From: Campylobacterota bacterium
Lineage (GTDB): Bacteria; Campylobacterota; Campylobacteria; Campylobacterales; Sulfurimonadaceae
Assembly (NCBI GenBank): GCA_034717975.1
Contig: JAYEMF010000138.1
Coordinates: 8,949-67,692, forward strand
Direction of reading: 5' to 3'
DNA: 58,744 nt
A model generated the notes under the pieces. It was not told where the DNA came from and made no database searches. It worked only from the letters and a program-made list of their open reading frames with translations. The stretch's first letter is position 1; each line of letters opens with the position of its first letter. The position numbers were made by a program, and so were the translations under genes. Shown one piece after another: positions 28,019 to 37,124 of the stretch.

Positions 28019-28804
28019 TTATTTTAAAGTTTTATTTTTAAATTGATACATCAAAATCGATGCCGCGACACCGACATTGAAACTTTTAACAGCGGGTGCC
28101 ATCTCAATCTGTACCGATGCATCGCACGCAGCAATGATTTCAGGTGAGAGCCCTTTGCCTTCATGTCCCATCAGCACTACCCACTTCTTTGGGATGATTA
28201 TATCCATTAATGGTATGGACTCCTTGGTCACTTCTGCGGCAAATATCTTATAACCGTCGGCTTTGAGTGCCTTGAATGTAGAAAAGATGTCGTTGTACAG
28301 ATGCGTTTTGAGTTTGCTCACATACCCCATAGAGACTCTCAACGATCGTCTACCGTAAGGGTGGGGACCCTGCTCTGGCAGAAGATAGGAGTCCACTCCA
28401 AGTGCTGCGGCACTTCTGGCAATAGAGCCGATGTTTTCAGTAGATGAGATCTCATCCAGCATAATGATATTGTCGCCAAGATCGTTTAAAGCAGTCTGGG
28501 CAGGACGGATGCCGTGCATCATGACGTTGTGGTGAACCCTGTGCCCGACAATGGACTCCATCACTTTTTTCTCTGTAACAAAGAGGTGCGGAATCTCTTT
28601 TTGTGCAATAAGATCTTTAAACTTCTCGTAATATTCCTGTGTCGCCAGAATGCTTTTGACCTCGATGGAAGTCTCTAAAAGCATATTGACCACCTTGGGA
28701 CTGTCAGCGATGAAACTGTTGTCTTCGCTAAAGGCGTTATCTCTTAACTGACGGTAGATAGTTAGAGAAGGAGAATCTAGATCATCTATACTTGTAAAGT
28801 TCAT
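28019..28804 (-). CDS. TrmH/SpoU-family RNA 2'-O-methyltransferase
   Basis: SpoU motifs: LDEISSTENIGSIARSAAALG, VLMGHEGKGLS, IEMAPAVKSFNVGVAASILMY. I moved the start to ATG 28804, 1 nt after the upstream stop. Confidence 0.8.
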   Translation of the reverse strand: MNFTSIDDLDSPSLTIYRQLRDNAFSEDNSFIADSPKVVNMLLETSIEVKSILATQEYYEKFKDLIAQKEIPHLFVTEKKVMESIVGHRVHHNVMMHGIRPAQTALNDLGDNIIMLDEISSTENIGSIARSAAALGVDSYLLPEQGPHPYGRRSLRVSMGYVSKLKTHLYNDIFSTFKALKADGYKIFAAEVTKESIPLMDIIIPKKWVVLMGHEGKGLSPEIIAACDASVQIEMAPAVKSFNVGVAASILMYQFKNKTLK

Positions 28805-28805
28805 A

Positions 28806-29141
28806 CTAATGTGAAGCACATTCGATGCAGTGTGATGCCTCTGGCAAGATGAGGAGGCGCTGAAACGGGATCTCATCTTCGCACTCTACACAGAGACCGT
28901 AGCTCGCTTCATCGACTTTTCGAAAGGCATACTCCAGCTTATTGTGTCTGATGGTGGCCTCTTGCAGGGCATGCTCATTGACCTGCTGCTCTCCAATCAT
29001 CTCCAAGCGTGTCAAACGTCCCAAAGAGCAGTCCGGTTCAATGGGCTTTGTCTTCTCCTGAAGCTCTTTAATCTCATGTGCAAGAGACTCAAGCTCTTCT
29101 AGAATCTTTTGTTTGATCTGTTTGCGTTGCTGTGGTGTCAT
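28806..29141 (-). CDS. DksA/TraR-family C4 zinc-finger protein
   Basis: Coiled-coil N-half and a C-terminal CVECEDEI...CIEC four-Cys finger. Confidence 0.75.
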   Translation of the reverse strand: MTPQQRKQIKQKILEELESLAHEIKELQEKTKPIEPDCSLGRLTRLEMIGEQQVNEHALQEATIRHNKLEYAFRKVDEASYGLCVECEDEIPFQRLLILPEASHCIECASH

Positions 29142-29168
29142 GGTTGGCCGTTGTTTTAAAAGTGCCCA

Positions 29169-29177
29169 ATTATAGCA
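29169..29177 (-). promoter_or_regulatory. extended -10 element (TGCTATAAT on minus strand) for the dksA-like operon
   Basis: The reverse complement of ATTATAGCA is TGCTATAAT, 28 nt upstream of ATG 29141. Confidence 0.4.
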
Positions 29178-29190
29178 GGATATCTCCCGT

Positions 29191-29217
29191 TAAAAAGATA
29201 TGTTGGGAACATATCTT
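29191..29217 (-). terminator. Rho-independent terminator of htpG
   Basis: Perfect 10-bp stem AAGATATGTT-ggg-AACATATCTT. On the minus strand it is followed by TTTTTAA. Confidence 0.65.
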
Positions 29218-29247
29218 CAGGGAGTAAAGTAATAGTAATGGTTGTAG

Positions 29248-29267
29248 ATTCCTGCCTTCGCAGGAAT
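29248..29267. repeat. REP-like palindrome ATTCCTGCCTTCGCAGGAAT (copy 1)
   Basis: 20-nt identity with 42559-42578. Both copies have GGTGAGTT downstream (+7 here, +24 in copy 2). Confidence 0.8.
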
Positions 29268-29311
29268 AACGGAAGGTGAGTTAAAATAAACCGGGTACAG
29301 GAAAAAGCGAT

Positions 29312-31204
29312 TTACAGCGCTTTAGCCATAATGCGGTTAAGGCGGGTAATAAAGTCGGCGGTATCGTCGATCTTCATACCGTCAAAGAGTTTGGCCTGAT
29401 CAAAGAGAACGTGCGCCGCATCGCTGATGAGGTTCTGGTCGGCTGACTCTTTCAGTTTCACAAGCAGTTCGTGGTTAGGGTTGATCTGAAGGATCGGGGT
29501 AATCGGTGTATCTTCTCCGCCTTGCCCCATCTGTTTCATCATCTGTGCCATCATGTAGCTTGGATCTTCTTTATCGATTTTCAGACAGACCGGAGACTCC
29601 GTCAGGTCGTTCGTGATCTCAACAGATTTGACACTCTCTCCAAGTGCATCTTTGAACTCTTTGGTGAGACCTTCGTAGGTTTTAGCAGTCTCTTCTTCTG
29701 CTTTCTTCTCCTCTTCTGTCTCTTCGAATTTAGCATCGGTGACGTTGACAAGTTTGTACTCTTTATAATCTGTTACCATTGGGAAGACGATGGTGTCGAT
29801 CTCTTCGTTCATTACGAGGACATCAATGCCTTTCGCTTTGAAACGCTCCAGTGATGGAGAGTTTTTCAGCATTGCCAGGCTCATCTGACCGGTGATGTAG
29901 TAGATCTCTTTCTTCTCTTCGTCAACATTGGCAACGAAATCCTCGATGTGTGTAGTCTCGGAACTGTTAAGGGTATTGAACTGGATCAGCTCAAGGATCT
30001 TCTCACGGTTGCCCATGTCACTGTAGAGGCCCTCTTTGATGACATTGCCGAATTCCGCATAGAATTTAGCGTATTTCTCACTATCTTTTTTCGCCATTTT
30101 GGCCAGTTCTGAAAGTACTTTTTTAACCGAAGCGTTCTTGATCTTGCTAAGGACCGGATTACTCTGAAGGATCTCACGGCTGACGTTAAGCGGCAGATCG
30201 GCAGAGTCGATAACACCGCGAAGGAAACGCAGGTATGTCGGCATAAGCTCTTTGTCATCATCGGTGATGAAAACACGGTTGATGTAGAGTTTTATCCCTG
30301 GCTGGTAATCAACACGGTAGAGGTCCATCGGCGCCTTGGAAGGGACGTAGAAGAGGGTAGTGTACTCGATGGCACCTTCGGCTTTGTTGTGCATCCAGAC
30401 AAGTGGCTCATCACTGTCGTGTGCGATACTCTGATAGAAGTCTTTGTACTCATCATCGTTGATCTCAGACTTGGCGATGGTCCAGAGGGCAGAGGCCTTG
30501 TTGATCTGCTCGTTTTTGATCTCGGTTGAAGCTTCTTTGGTCTCGTTACCCTCATCATCTTTTTCAGCAGCAATATAGTGCTCTTTATCCATAAAGATCG
30601 GGAACGGGATATGGTTGGAGTATTTGGTGATGATACTTTCGATACGGTGCGCTTCGAGGAACTCATCTTCATCATCTTTGAGGTGCATGACAATAGTCGT
30701 ACCGTGACCATCTTGCTCAGCCTCTTCAATCTCGTATTCGCCATCACCGGTGCTGACCCATTTGTAGGCTTTTTCTTCACCGGCTTTTTTCGAAGTAACT
30801 TCAACTCTGTCTGCAACCATAAAAGAGGCATAGAAACCGACACCGAACTGACCGATAAGTTGAGAATCTTTCTTCTCATCACCAGATAGGTTATCAAGGA
30901 ATGCTTTTGTGCCTGACTTGGCAATCGTACCAAGATTGGCGACAAGATCTTCGTCATTCATTCCGATACCACTATCTTTGACAGTCAGTGTCTTCGCCTC
31001 TTTGTCAGCGATAATGTCGACACGTGGTGCAAAATCAACACCTTTGTAGGCATCGTCGGTAAGAACGAGCATATTGAGTTTGTCCAGTGCATCAGATGCA
31101 TTGGAAACGAGTTCACGAATAAAAATTTCTTTATTTGAGTAGAGTGAGTGAATCATCAACTGGAGCAGTTGATTGACCTCAGTTTGAAACTGATGTTTTG
31201 CCAT
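29312..31204 (-). CDS. htpG: molecular chaperone HtpG (Hsp90)
   Basis: FQTEVNQLLQLMIHSLYSNKEIFIRELVSNASDALDK N-terminal GHKL signature, 630 aa. Confidence 0.95.
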   Translation of the reverse strand: MAKHQFQTEVNQLLQLMIHSLYSNKEIFIRELVSNASDALDKLNMLVLTDDAYKGVDFAPRVDIIADKEAKTLTVKDSGIGMNDEDLVANLGTIAKSGTKAFLDNLSGDEKKDSQLIGQFGVGFYASFMVADRVEVTSKKAGEEKAYKWVSTGDGEYEIEEAEQDGHGTTIVMHLKDDEDEFLEAHRIESIITKYSNHIPFPIFMDKEHYIAAEKDDEGNETKEASTEIKNEQINKASALWTIAKSEINDDEYKDFYQSIAHDSDEPLVWMHNKAEGAIEYTTLFYVPSKAPMDLYRVDYQPGIKLYINRVFITDDDKELMPTYLRFLRGVIDSADLPLNVSREILQSNPVLSKIKNASVKKVLSELAKMAKKDSEKYAKFYAEFGNVIKEGLYSDMGNREKILELIQFNTLNSSETTHIEDFVANVDEEKKEIYYITGQMSLAMLKNSPSLERFKAKGIDVLVMNEEIDTIVFPMVTDYKEYKLVNVTDAKFEETEEEKKAEEETAKTYEGLTKEFKDALGESVKSVEITNDLTESPVCLKIDKEDPSYMMAQMMKQMGQGGEDTPITPILQINPNHELLVKLKESADQNLISDAAHVLFDQAKLFDGMKIDDTADFITRLNRIMAKAL

Positions 31205-31232
31205 GAATAATCCTTCTGTAAAAATCGCGGAA

Positions 31233-31241
31233 ATTATAGCA
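31233..31241 (-). promoter_or_regulatory. extended -10 element (TGCTATAAT on minus strand) for htpG
   Basis: The reverse complement of ATTATAGCA lies 29 nt upstream of ATG 31204. AAGGA SD lies 6 nt before the ATG. Confidence 0.5.
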
Positions 31242-31275
31242 AATCAAAAGTCATAATGCAAGTATTATCAACTTA

Positions 31276-31296
31276 AATGAGTCTAATTGACTAAAG
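31276..31296. promoter_or_regulatory. HAIR-like (HspR operator-like) inverted repeat upstream of htpG
   Basis: AATGAGT-ctaattg-ACTAAAG compared with the HAIR consensus CTTGAGT-N7-ACTCAAG: 11/14 with exact N7 spacing, about 40-60 nt upstream of the -10. The match is weak statistically. Confidence 0.25.
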
Positions 31297-31305
31297 CTAT
31301 ATGAG

Positions 31306-32031
31306 TCAGTATTTGATTTTGGCAAGATAGAGGCCATTTTCAGGAGCCAGTCTGGTATGATGTTGCATCTTGGCACTAAGCTGTTCATGCAGCTGTTCCA
31401 GATTTGATTTACCGGTGTTGACAGCCAGTAAAAAGCCGACCATAAGGCGGATCTGGGAGCGCAGGTAGCCATTGGCCTCAAAATAGAGGATCACTTTCCC
31501 CCGGTATCGGTAGGCAAAGGCTTTATAGATGGTCCGTACAAAGTCAGTTGTGTCACTTCCGCTCTTTTTAAAGTAGACAAAGTCATGTGTCCCGATAAAT
31601 GCATGCATCGCCTGATTGATGAGATCCAGATCAATGGTGCCGGTAAAGGTAACGAAATCAGCTTCAAAAGGGTTTGGAGTGTGTTCACTCAATACATAGC
31701 GGTAGACACGGCGTTTGGCACTGTATCTGGCATGAAAATCATTTGCCGAGGGTTCAATCTTTTTCACACGGATGGAATTGGGGATATGGTAATGGATGGA
31801 TTGCTTCAGTTTTGTAAGGTCGCTCCAGTGTGCCGGAAGATCGCAGTGTAAAACCTGAGCCGTTGCATGCACTCCGCGATCGGTACGTCCCGAAGCGATC
31901 AGTTTACTATGGATACCAAGGCGTTTAAAAGCGCTTTGCAAGGTCCCTATGATGGTCCTGTCGGTAGTAGTCTGCGACTGGAGGCCAAAATAGGGTGCGC
32001 CGTTATAGGCGATAGTCAGTTTAACACGCAT
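31306..32031 (-). CDS. truA: tRNA pseudouridine(38-40) synthase
   Basis: MRVKLTIAYNGAPYFGLQSQ... and the catalytic-Asp segment SGRTDRGVHA. Confidence 0.9.
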   Translation of the reverse strand: MRVKLTIAYNGAPYFGLQSQTTTDRTIIGTLQSAFKRLGIHSKLIASGRTDRGVHATAQVLHCDLPAHWSDLTKLKQSIHYHIPNSIRVKKIEPSANDFHARYSAKRRVYRYVLSEHTPNPFEADFVTFTGTIDLDLINQAMHAFIGTHDFVYFKKSGSDTTDFVRTIYKAFAYRYRGKVILYFEANGYLRSQIRLMVGFLLAVNTGKSNLEQLHEQLSAKMQHHTRLAPENGLYLAKIKY

Positions 32032-32043
32032 CGCAAGCTCTCA

Positions 32044-33063
32044 TCAGTAACGTGAAGTCACCTTTTTTCTGTAGATAGGGATAGTGACCAGCAGCCATAC
32101 TCCAATAATTGCCGGAATGGCATAAAACCCAAGTGGCTTATGCAGGCCAAATATAGCACCGAAAAAGAGGATCATAGAGGCGGCAATGGCAAGGTAAACA
32201 TGCCCTTTTTGATGACGAACATGGATAATACCTATACTTAACACGGTAAAGAGTGAAAAGAGCGGAAAGAGTGAAATGAGCAGTTGCGTGATAAAGTTCT
32301 TGATCTTCTTCTCGCGCCAGTGAGGATGGAGCCAGTACTCAAGGGGATCGCGATAATCATAGTAATCATCAATCAGTAGATTGTTGATATTCATGCTCTC
32401 AAAATTGATCTGTGTGAGCGAGTCTTTTGAGTAACTGTAACCCTGACCCTCTTTGAGCTGGAGTTTAAAAATACCTTTGGATGTAAGGACTTCAGCCTTT
32501 TTCGCCCCGACCAGGATCTCCTCTTTTTTATCTTTTCGAAAAAGCAGAATATCTTTGTAGCCGCCTTTTTCATCTGTATCGCCGATATAGAGCAGCCAGT
32601 TGTTGAAGTTATGGCCAAACTCGGATGCGGAGAGGTTGAACTGGGCTTCCTGTTTTTTATAAAGGATAAAGTTTTTGGAGAGGATCTTTGTATGCGGGAT
32701 CAGAACCATAAAATTAAAGATCATGACAGCTGAGAGAAACATAGCCGGTTTGAAGAGGGTCTTTAAAATATAGCGTGGTTTGATCCCCAGTGCAAAAAGG
32801 ACGATCATCTCATTATCGGTTGAGAGTTTATAAAGGGAGAGTGCCGCGGAGACAAAAAAGGTGATCGGCAGGGTAAACAGAAGCAGCTCCGGCAAGACAA
32901 ATACATAGAGTTTGAGGAGCTCAAAAAAGCTCAGTTTTATGACAGCCGTATAGCTTGAGAGTTTGATCAGAAAGACAACCGATGCAATCGAAATCAGTGC
33001 TAAAAAAATAGAGAAGAAGAGCAAGGAAAAGTGTGAGATGATATAGCGTTTTAGCTTATCCAT
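32044..33063 (-). CDS. LptF/LptG (YjgP/YjgQ) family permease
   Basis: 339 aa. Topology is 3 TM, a roughly 120-aa periplasmic beta-jellyroll-like insert, then 3 TM. N-terminus is YIISHFSLLFFSIFLALISIASVVFLIKL. Confidence 0.7.
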   Translation of the reverse strand: MDKLKRYIISHFSLLFFSIFLALISIASVVFLIKLSSYTAVIKLSFFELLKLYVFVLPELLLFTLPITFFVSAALSLYKLSTDNEMIVLFALGIKPRYILKTLFKPAMFLSAVMIFNFMVLIPHTKILSKNFILYKKQEAQFNLSASEFGHNFNNWLLYIGDTDEKGGYKDILLFRKDKKEEILVGAKKAEVLTSKGIFKLQLKEGQGYSYSKDSLTQINFESMNINNLLIDDYYDYRDPLEYWLHPHWREKKIKNFITQLLISLFPLFSLFTVLSIGIIHVRHQKGHVYLAIAASMILFFGAIFGLHKPLGFYAIPAIIGVWLLVTIPIYRKKVTSRY

Positions 33064-33820
33064 AAAGGCTTCCCAGATATGCGCTTACTTGTGTATCGAA
33101 AATATAGACGATCCATGTCGCCATGGCCAGAAAGGGGATGAAAGGCACCTGGCGGCTCTCATCGGTCTCATCGCGAAGCAGCAGCATTGCAGGCAGCGCA
33201 AGTACGGCAGAGACAAAGATGGCCGCCAGTGTCAGTTCGATACCCAGCAGTGCCCCCATCGTCGCAGCGATCATAATGTCCGCTTCACCCATCGCCTCTT
33301 GCTTGATGGCATAGGAGATATAGAAACGCAAAAGGGAAAAAGCACCGGCGAAGATCAGGGCATTGACAAAGTTGTTCACGAGCATCGGCAGAGACCAGAC
33401 ACTGATAATGGCCAGTGTCAGCGCAGCCAGGTTAAGACTGTCCGGAACCATTTTGTAGTAGAAGTCGATGACTGAAAGGGTAAGCAGCAGTAAAAACACC
33501 AGAGCGATGCCAAGCGTTGCCCAGGCGATTCCCATTTTGATAAAAAGTGTGACAAAGATAATACCGCTCAGCAGTTCGACAATAGGGTACTGTATAGAGA
33601 TCGGTCCGCTGCAAAAACTGCACTTACCACGCAGAATGAGCCAGGAGATGAGTGGTATATTGTGCCAAGGCTTGAGCGGTGTATCACAGTGTACACAGTG
33701 CGACGCGGGGAAAGCGATACTCTCCTCTTTTGGTATTCGGACGATCAGAACGTTTAAAAATGAGCCGATGATCGTTCCTATAATGAAAATAAAAAGATAG
33801 GTAAGCAGAGTCAGTGTCAT
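33056..33820 (-). CDS. A24-family prepilin peptidase
   Basis: Cys-rich N-terminal loop (CVHCDTPL...CSFC) and polytopic membrane domains with GEADIMIAATMGALLG (Asp-containing GxGD-like motif). Confidence 0.8.
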   Translation of the reverse strand: MTLTLLTYLFIFIIGTIIGSFLNVLIVRIPKEESIAFPASHCVHCDTPLKPWHNIPLISWLILRGKCSFCSGPISIQYPIVELLSGIIFVTLFIKMGIAWATLGIALVFLLLLTLSVIDFYYKMVPDSLNLAALTLAIISVWSLPMLVNNFVNALIFAGAFSLLRFYISYAIKQEAMGEADIMIAATMGALLGIELTLAAIFVSAVLALPAMLLLRDETDESRQVPFIPFLAMATWIVYIFDTQVSAYLGSLYG

Positions 33821-34497
33821 TTAAGGCCTCCGAAACGGCGTTCAATCTTCATGAATTTTTTGAGAATGTTCTGAAGTTCATCGGTCGTGAAATTCGGCCA
33901 GAGCGTGTCAGTAAAGAAAAATTCTGCATAGGCACACTGCCAGAGCAGAAAATTGGAGAGGCGGTGATCGCCGCCGGTACGGATGAGAAGATCAATATCG
34001 CATTTACAGTCGAGGGCAGTGGCAAGTCTCTCTTCGGTAACTGTCTCACCGGAGTCAACCACTCTGTTGACTGCCCGTACTATCTCATCCCTGGCACCGT
34101 AGTTGAGGGCCAGGCTCTGTATGAGTCTCTCTCCATGAACTGTCTCTTTTTGGACCCGCTCGATCGTTTTACGAAGCGAGGATGAAAAGCGGCCAAGATC
34201 ACCGATAGGCTCAAAACGGATTCCGTTCTTCAGATAGGTAGGGAGCTCTTTTATGAGATAGCGATCGAGCAGTTTCATCAGGAACTCGACTTCCAGTTTC
34301 GGCCGTTTCCAGTTTTCTGTGCTGAAGGCGTAGAGGGTAAGGCGTTCAATCTGCTCATTATCTACACATGCCTGCGTGATGGTACGAACTGTTTCGGCCC
34401 CTTTTTCATGCCCTTTTGTACGTTTAAGACCATGCTCTTCGGCCCAGCGTCCGTTACCGTCCATGATGATGGCGATATGCTTGGCTATATTGCTCAT
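33817..34497 (-). CDS. uppS: di-trans,poly-cis-undecaprenyl-diphosphate synthase
   Basis: HIAIIMDGNGRWA, TLYAFSTENWKRP, DLLIRTGGDHRLSNFLLWQCAYAEFFF. I moved the start to MSNIAKH (34497). The track start 34674 overlaps coaBC. Confidence 0.9.
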   Translation of the reverse strand: MSNIAKHIAIIMDGNGRWAEEHGLKRTKGHEKGAETVRTITQACVDNEQIERLTLYAFSTENWKRPKLEVEFLMKLLDRYLIKELPTYLKNGIRFEPIGDLGRFSSSLRKTIERVQKETVHGERLIQSLALNYGARDEIVRAVNRVVDSGETVTEERLATALDCKCDIDLLIRTGGDHRLSNFLLWQCAYAEFFFTDTLWPNFTTDELQNILKKFMKIERRFGGLK

Positions 34498-34501
34498 CGC
34501 T

Positions 34502-35770
34502 TTAGAGTTCCTTGGCCAATGAGAGCATCTCAAGAGAGAGCGAGAGCTTGTCCGTTCTAGGCAGAGAGTGGACCTCTTTGGCTGTAATGAAATCGATCTG
34601 ATTGTCAGAGGTTCCAAAGCTGCCGCTGTCTTTGAGCAGGTTGAGACAGACAGCATCGACATCTTTTTTGTCAATCACACTGCTGGCATGTTTAAGTGCG
34701 GTTTCAGAGTCCATTTCGGCTTTGAAAGCAACGGTGTTGATACCGTTTTTATCGAGTGAAGCCAGAATATCGCTGTTCTCCCGGAGTTGAAGTGCCCATT
34801 TTTCACCGATCATCTCTTTTTTCAGTTTGCCTTCCTGGGTGAACTCCGGTACATAGTCACTTACTGCAGCAGCCATAAAGAGGTATGGCCGCTTCTGAAT
34901 AAGCTGCATCGGCTCATCCCGGATCAGTGAGGGTCTGGACATCTTCCCTTTTTTGGCAATACGGATCGAGTCCGTTAGATATTCCAGCATCTCGGCAGAT
35001 GATTCAACATCAATCGTATGCATGATCTGTGGCAGATCAGAGCTCTTACGGGTAGAGATCAGGTTGACATCAGCGCCTTTGAGAAAGAGTGCCGTAGCCA
35101 GAGCGGATGCCATCTTGCCGCTGGAGTAGTTGGAGAGATAGCGTACATCATCGATCTTCTCGATGGTACCTCCTCCGGTGACAATGACACGTCGCTCTTC
35201 CCAAAACTCCTCTTTGAGCAGGGCACGGGCACTATGCCAGAAGATCTCTAGCGGTTCGGCCATCGCACCATCACCCGTTGTCTGGCAGGCCAGCTCTTTG
35301 GTCTGGGTACCGATCAGTTCATAGTTGGCTATCTGCAGCATCTTTAGGGAGGCTTCGGTAATCGGGTTGTAGAGCATATTGGTATTGGCGGATGGTGCGA
35401 TCAGTTTTAGGCCAGGGTAGGCCAATGCAGTCTGCAACAGCATATTGTCGGCAATGGCATTGGAGAGTTTCGCGATGGTATTGGCCGTGCATGGGGCTAT
35501 GAGAAAAATATCGGCCCACTGTGCTGTCTGGATATGGTTGTGCTCGCCGGCCCATGATTCGCTCTGCTCATCCAGTACAAGGTTGCGGCTGAGTGTCTCA
35601 AAGCTAAGGGGCGTGACAAACTTTTTGGCGGCGTCACTCATGACAACTTTTACTTCTGCACCGGCTTTGACGAGCAGACGGACCAGCTCAAGGCTTTTAT
35701 AGGCAGCGATAGAACCGGTAACGCCCAGTAGAACGTGTTTGCCTTCGAGGAGGTTGGTCGGGATCTGCAT
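34502..35770 (-). CDS. coaBC: bifunctional phosphopantothenoylcysteine decarboxylase / phosphopantothenate-cysteine ligase
   Basis: Flavoprotein N-half (LLGVTGSIAAYKS...APCTANTIAKL) and CoaB C-half (VIVTGGGTIEKIDDVRYLSNYSSGKM...AAVSDY). Confidence 0.9.
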   Translation of the reverse strand: MQIPTNLLEGKHVLLGVTGSIAAYKSLELVRLLVKAGAEVKVVMSDAAKKFVTPLSFETLSRNLVLDEQSESWAGEHNHIQTAQWADIFLIAPCTANTIAKLSNAIADNMLLQTALAYPGLKLIAPSANTNMLYNPITEASLKMLQIANYELIGTQTKELACQTTGDGAMAEPLEIFWHSARALLKEEFWEERRVIVTGGGTIEKIDDVRYLSNYSSGKMASALATALFLKGADVNLISTRKSSDLPQIMHTIDVESSAEMLEYLTDSIRIAKKGKMSRPSLIRDEPMQLIQKRPYLFMAAAVSDYVPEFTQEGKLKKEMIGEKWALQLRENSDILASLDKNGINTVAFKAEMDSETALKHASSVIDKKDVDAVCLNLLKDSGSFGTSDNQIDFITAKEVHSLPRTDKLSLSLEMLSLAKEL

Positions 35771-35820
35771 TATGCTTCTTTTCCAAAAAATTTGCGTGTG
35801 AATTTTTTCATTGTGGACAT
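35770..35820 (-). CDS. 16-codon mini-ORF bridging glmU and coaBC (diverged duplicate of the glmU 3' end)
   Basis: Hand-translated MSTMKKFTRKFFGKEA. Its ATG overlaps the glmU stop (TAATG) and its stop overlaps the coaBC ATG (TAATG). The peptide tail KFFGKEA mirrors the glmU tail KFFGKDS. Confidence 0.3.
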   Translation of the reverse strand: MSTMKKFTRKFFGKEA

Positions 35821-37124
35821 TACGAATCCTTGCCGAAAAATTTATAGAAGAAGTTTTTGACCGTTTTCATCGGGGTACGGCTGAGTGCAAGTGAGCCTTT
35901 TTCTACCTTGGCGGTTGCTACCGTTGTGCCTGCCGCAATAATGACATCATCTTCGATGACTACCGGCGCGATCAGGTGTGAGTCGCTTCCGACAAAGACG
36001 TTTTTACCGATGATCGTCTTGTATTTTTTCTTGCCGTCATAGTTGCAGGTGATGAATCCGGCGCCCAGATTTGTTCCGGTGTCGATCTCTGCGTCGCCTA
36101 TATAGCTTAAATGGCCGGCCTTGACCCCGTTGAGTGTAGATTTTTTGACCTCCACATAGTTGCCGATATGCGTAGACTCAAGATGGGAGTGCGGACGGAT
36201 ATGTGCCAGCGGGCCGATATCGGATGTTTTGATAATGCTCTCTTCGATGATGGTGTGGGCTTTGATGTGCGAATCGCTCACAAGCGTCTCACCGCAGATC
36301 CGGCAGCCGTTTTCAACCAGGCATTCACCTTCAAAAGTGACACTCTCTTCAATATAGATCGTCTCAGGCAGCTGCATTGTAATACCCGCTTGCATCCACT
36401 TCGCACGGATACGGCGCTGCATGATCTCCTCGGATGCTGCAAGATCGGCTTTGGAGTTGACACCTTTAAAATACTCTTCACCGACAAGCAGCGGCTCAAT
36501 GGTGAGACCATCAGCTTTTGCCAGGGCAACGACGTCGGTGAGATAGTACTCTCCCTGGGCATTGTCGTTGGAGAGTTTGGGAAGATAACGCTCGAGTATA
36601 TTACGCTTGAAAGCGTAGACACCGGCATTGACATGCGTTATTTTTTTCTCGGCTTCACTGGCATCTTTCTCTTCGACAATGCGTTCGACACCGACATCGG
36701 AGATGACGACACGGCCATAGCCTGATGGATCTTCAAGATCGAAGATAGACATCGTAATATCGGCACTGCTCTTTAAAAAGCCGCCCATCGATTCGGTGGT
36801 AATAAGCGGCATGTCACCATTTAGGACAAGAACCTGCTCGTAGCGAGGTGAGATATTCATGACCGCACCGCCTGTACCAGGGAAGTTGTCGGCATCCTGG
36901 GTAACAAAACTGATATTGTTGAAATGGCTCTGCATCGCTTTCGTAACAGCCTCTTTTTGATGGGCTACAACAACGGTGATGTCATCGCTGAGTTCCTGAG
37001 AAGCTTTGATGATATGGTAAAGCATTGGACGGCCACTGATAGGGTGAAGAACCTTGGCGGTTGAAGATTTCATACGGCTGCCTTTGCCGGCGGCCAAAAT
37101 AATGATTGAGAGTGTTTTTGACAT
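35820..37124 (-). CDS. glmU: bifunctional UDP-N-acetylglucosamine diphosphorylase / glucosamine-1-phosphate N-acetyltransferase
   Basis: LSIIILAAGKGSRMKS N-terminus and left-handed beta-helix hexapeptide repeats in the C-half. Confidence 0.95.
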   Translation of the reverse strand: MSKTLSIIILAAGKGSRMKSSTAKVLHPISGRPMLYHIIKASQELSDDITVVVAHQKEAVTKAMQSHFNNISFVTQDADNFPGTGGAVMNISPRYEQVLVLNGDMPLITTESMGGFLKSSADITMSIFDLEDPSGYGRVVISDVGVERIVEEKDASEAEKKITHVNAGVYAFKRNILERYLPKLSNDNAQGEYYLTDVVALAKADGLTIEPLLVGEEYFKGVNSKADLAASEEIMQRRIRAKWMQAGITMQLPETIYIEESVTFEGECLVENGCRICGETLVSDSHIKAHTIIEESIIKTSDIGPLAHIRPHSHLESTHIGNYVEVKKSTLNGVKAGHLSYIGDAEIDTGTNLGAGFITCNYDGKKKYKTIIGKNVFVGSDSHLIAPVVIEDDVIIAAGTTVATAKVEKGSLALSRTPMKTVKNFFYKFFGKDS

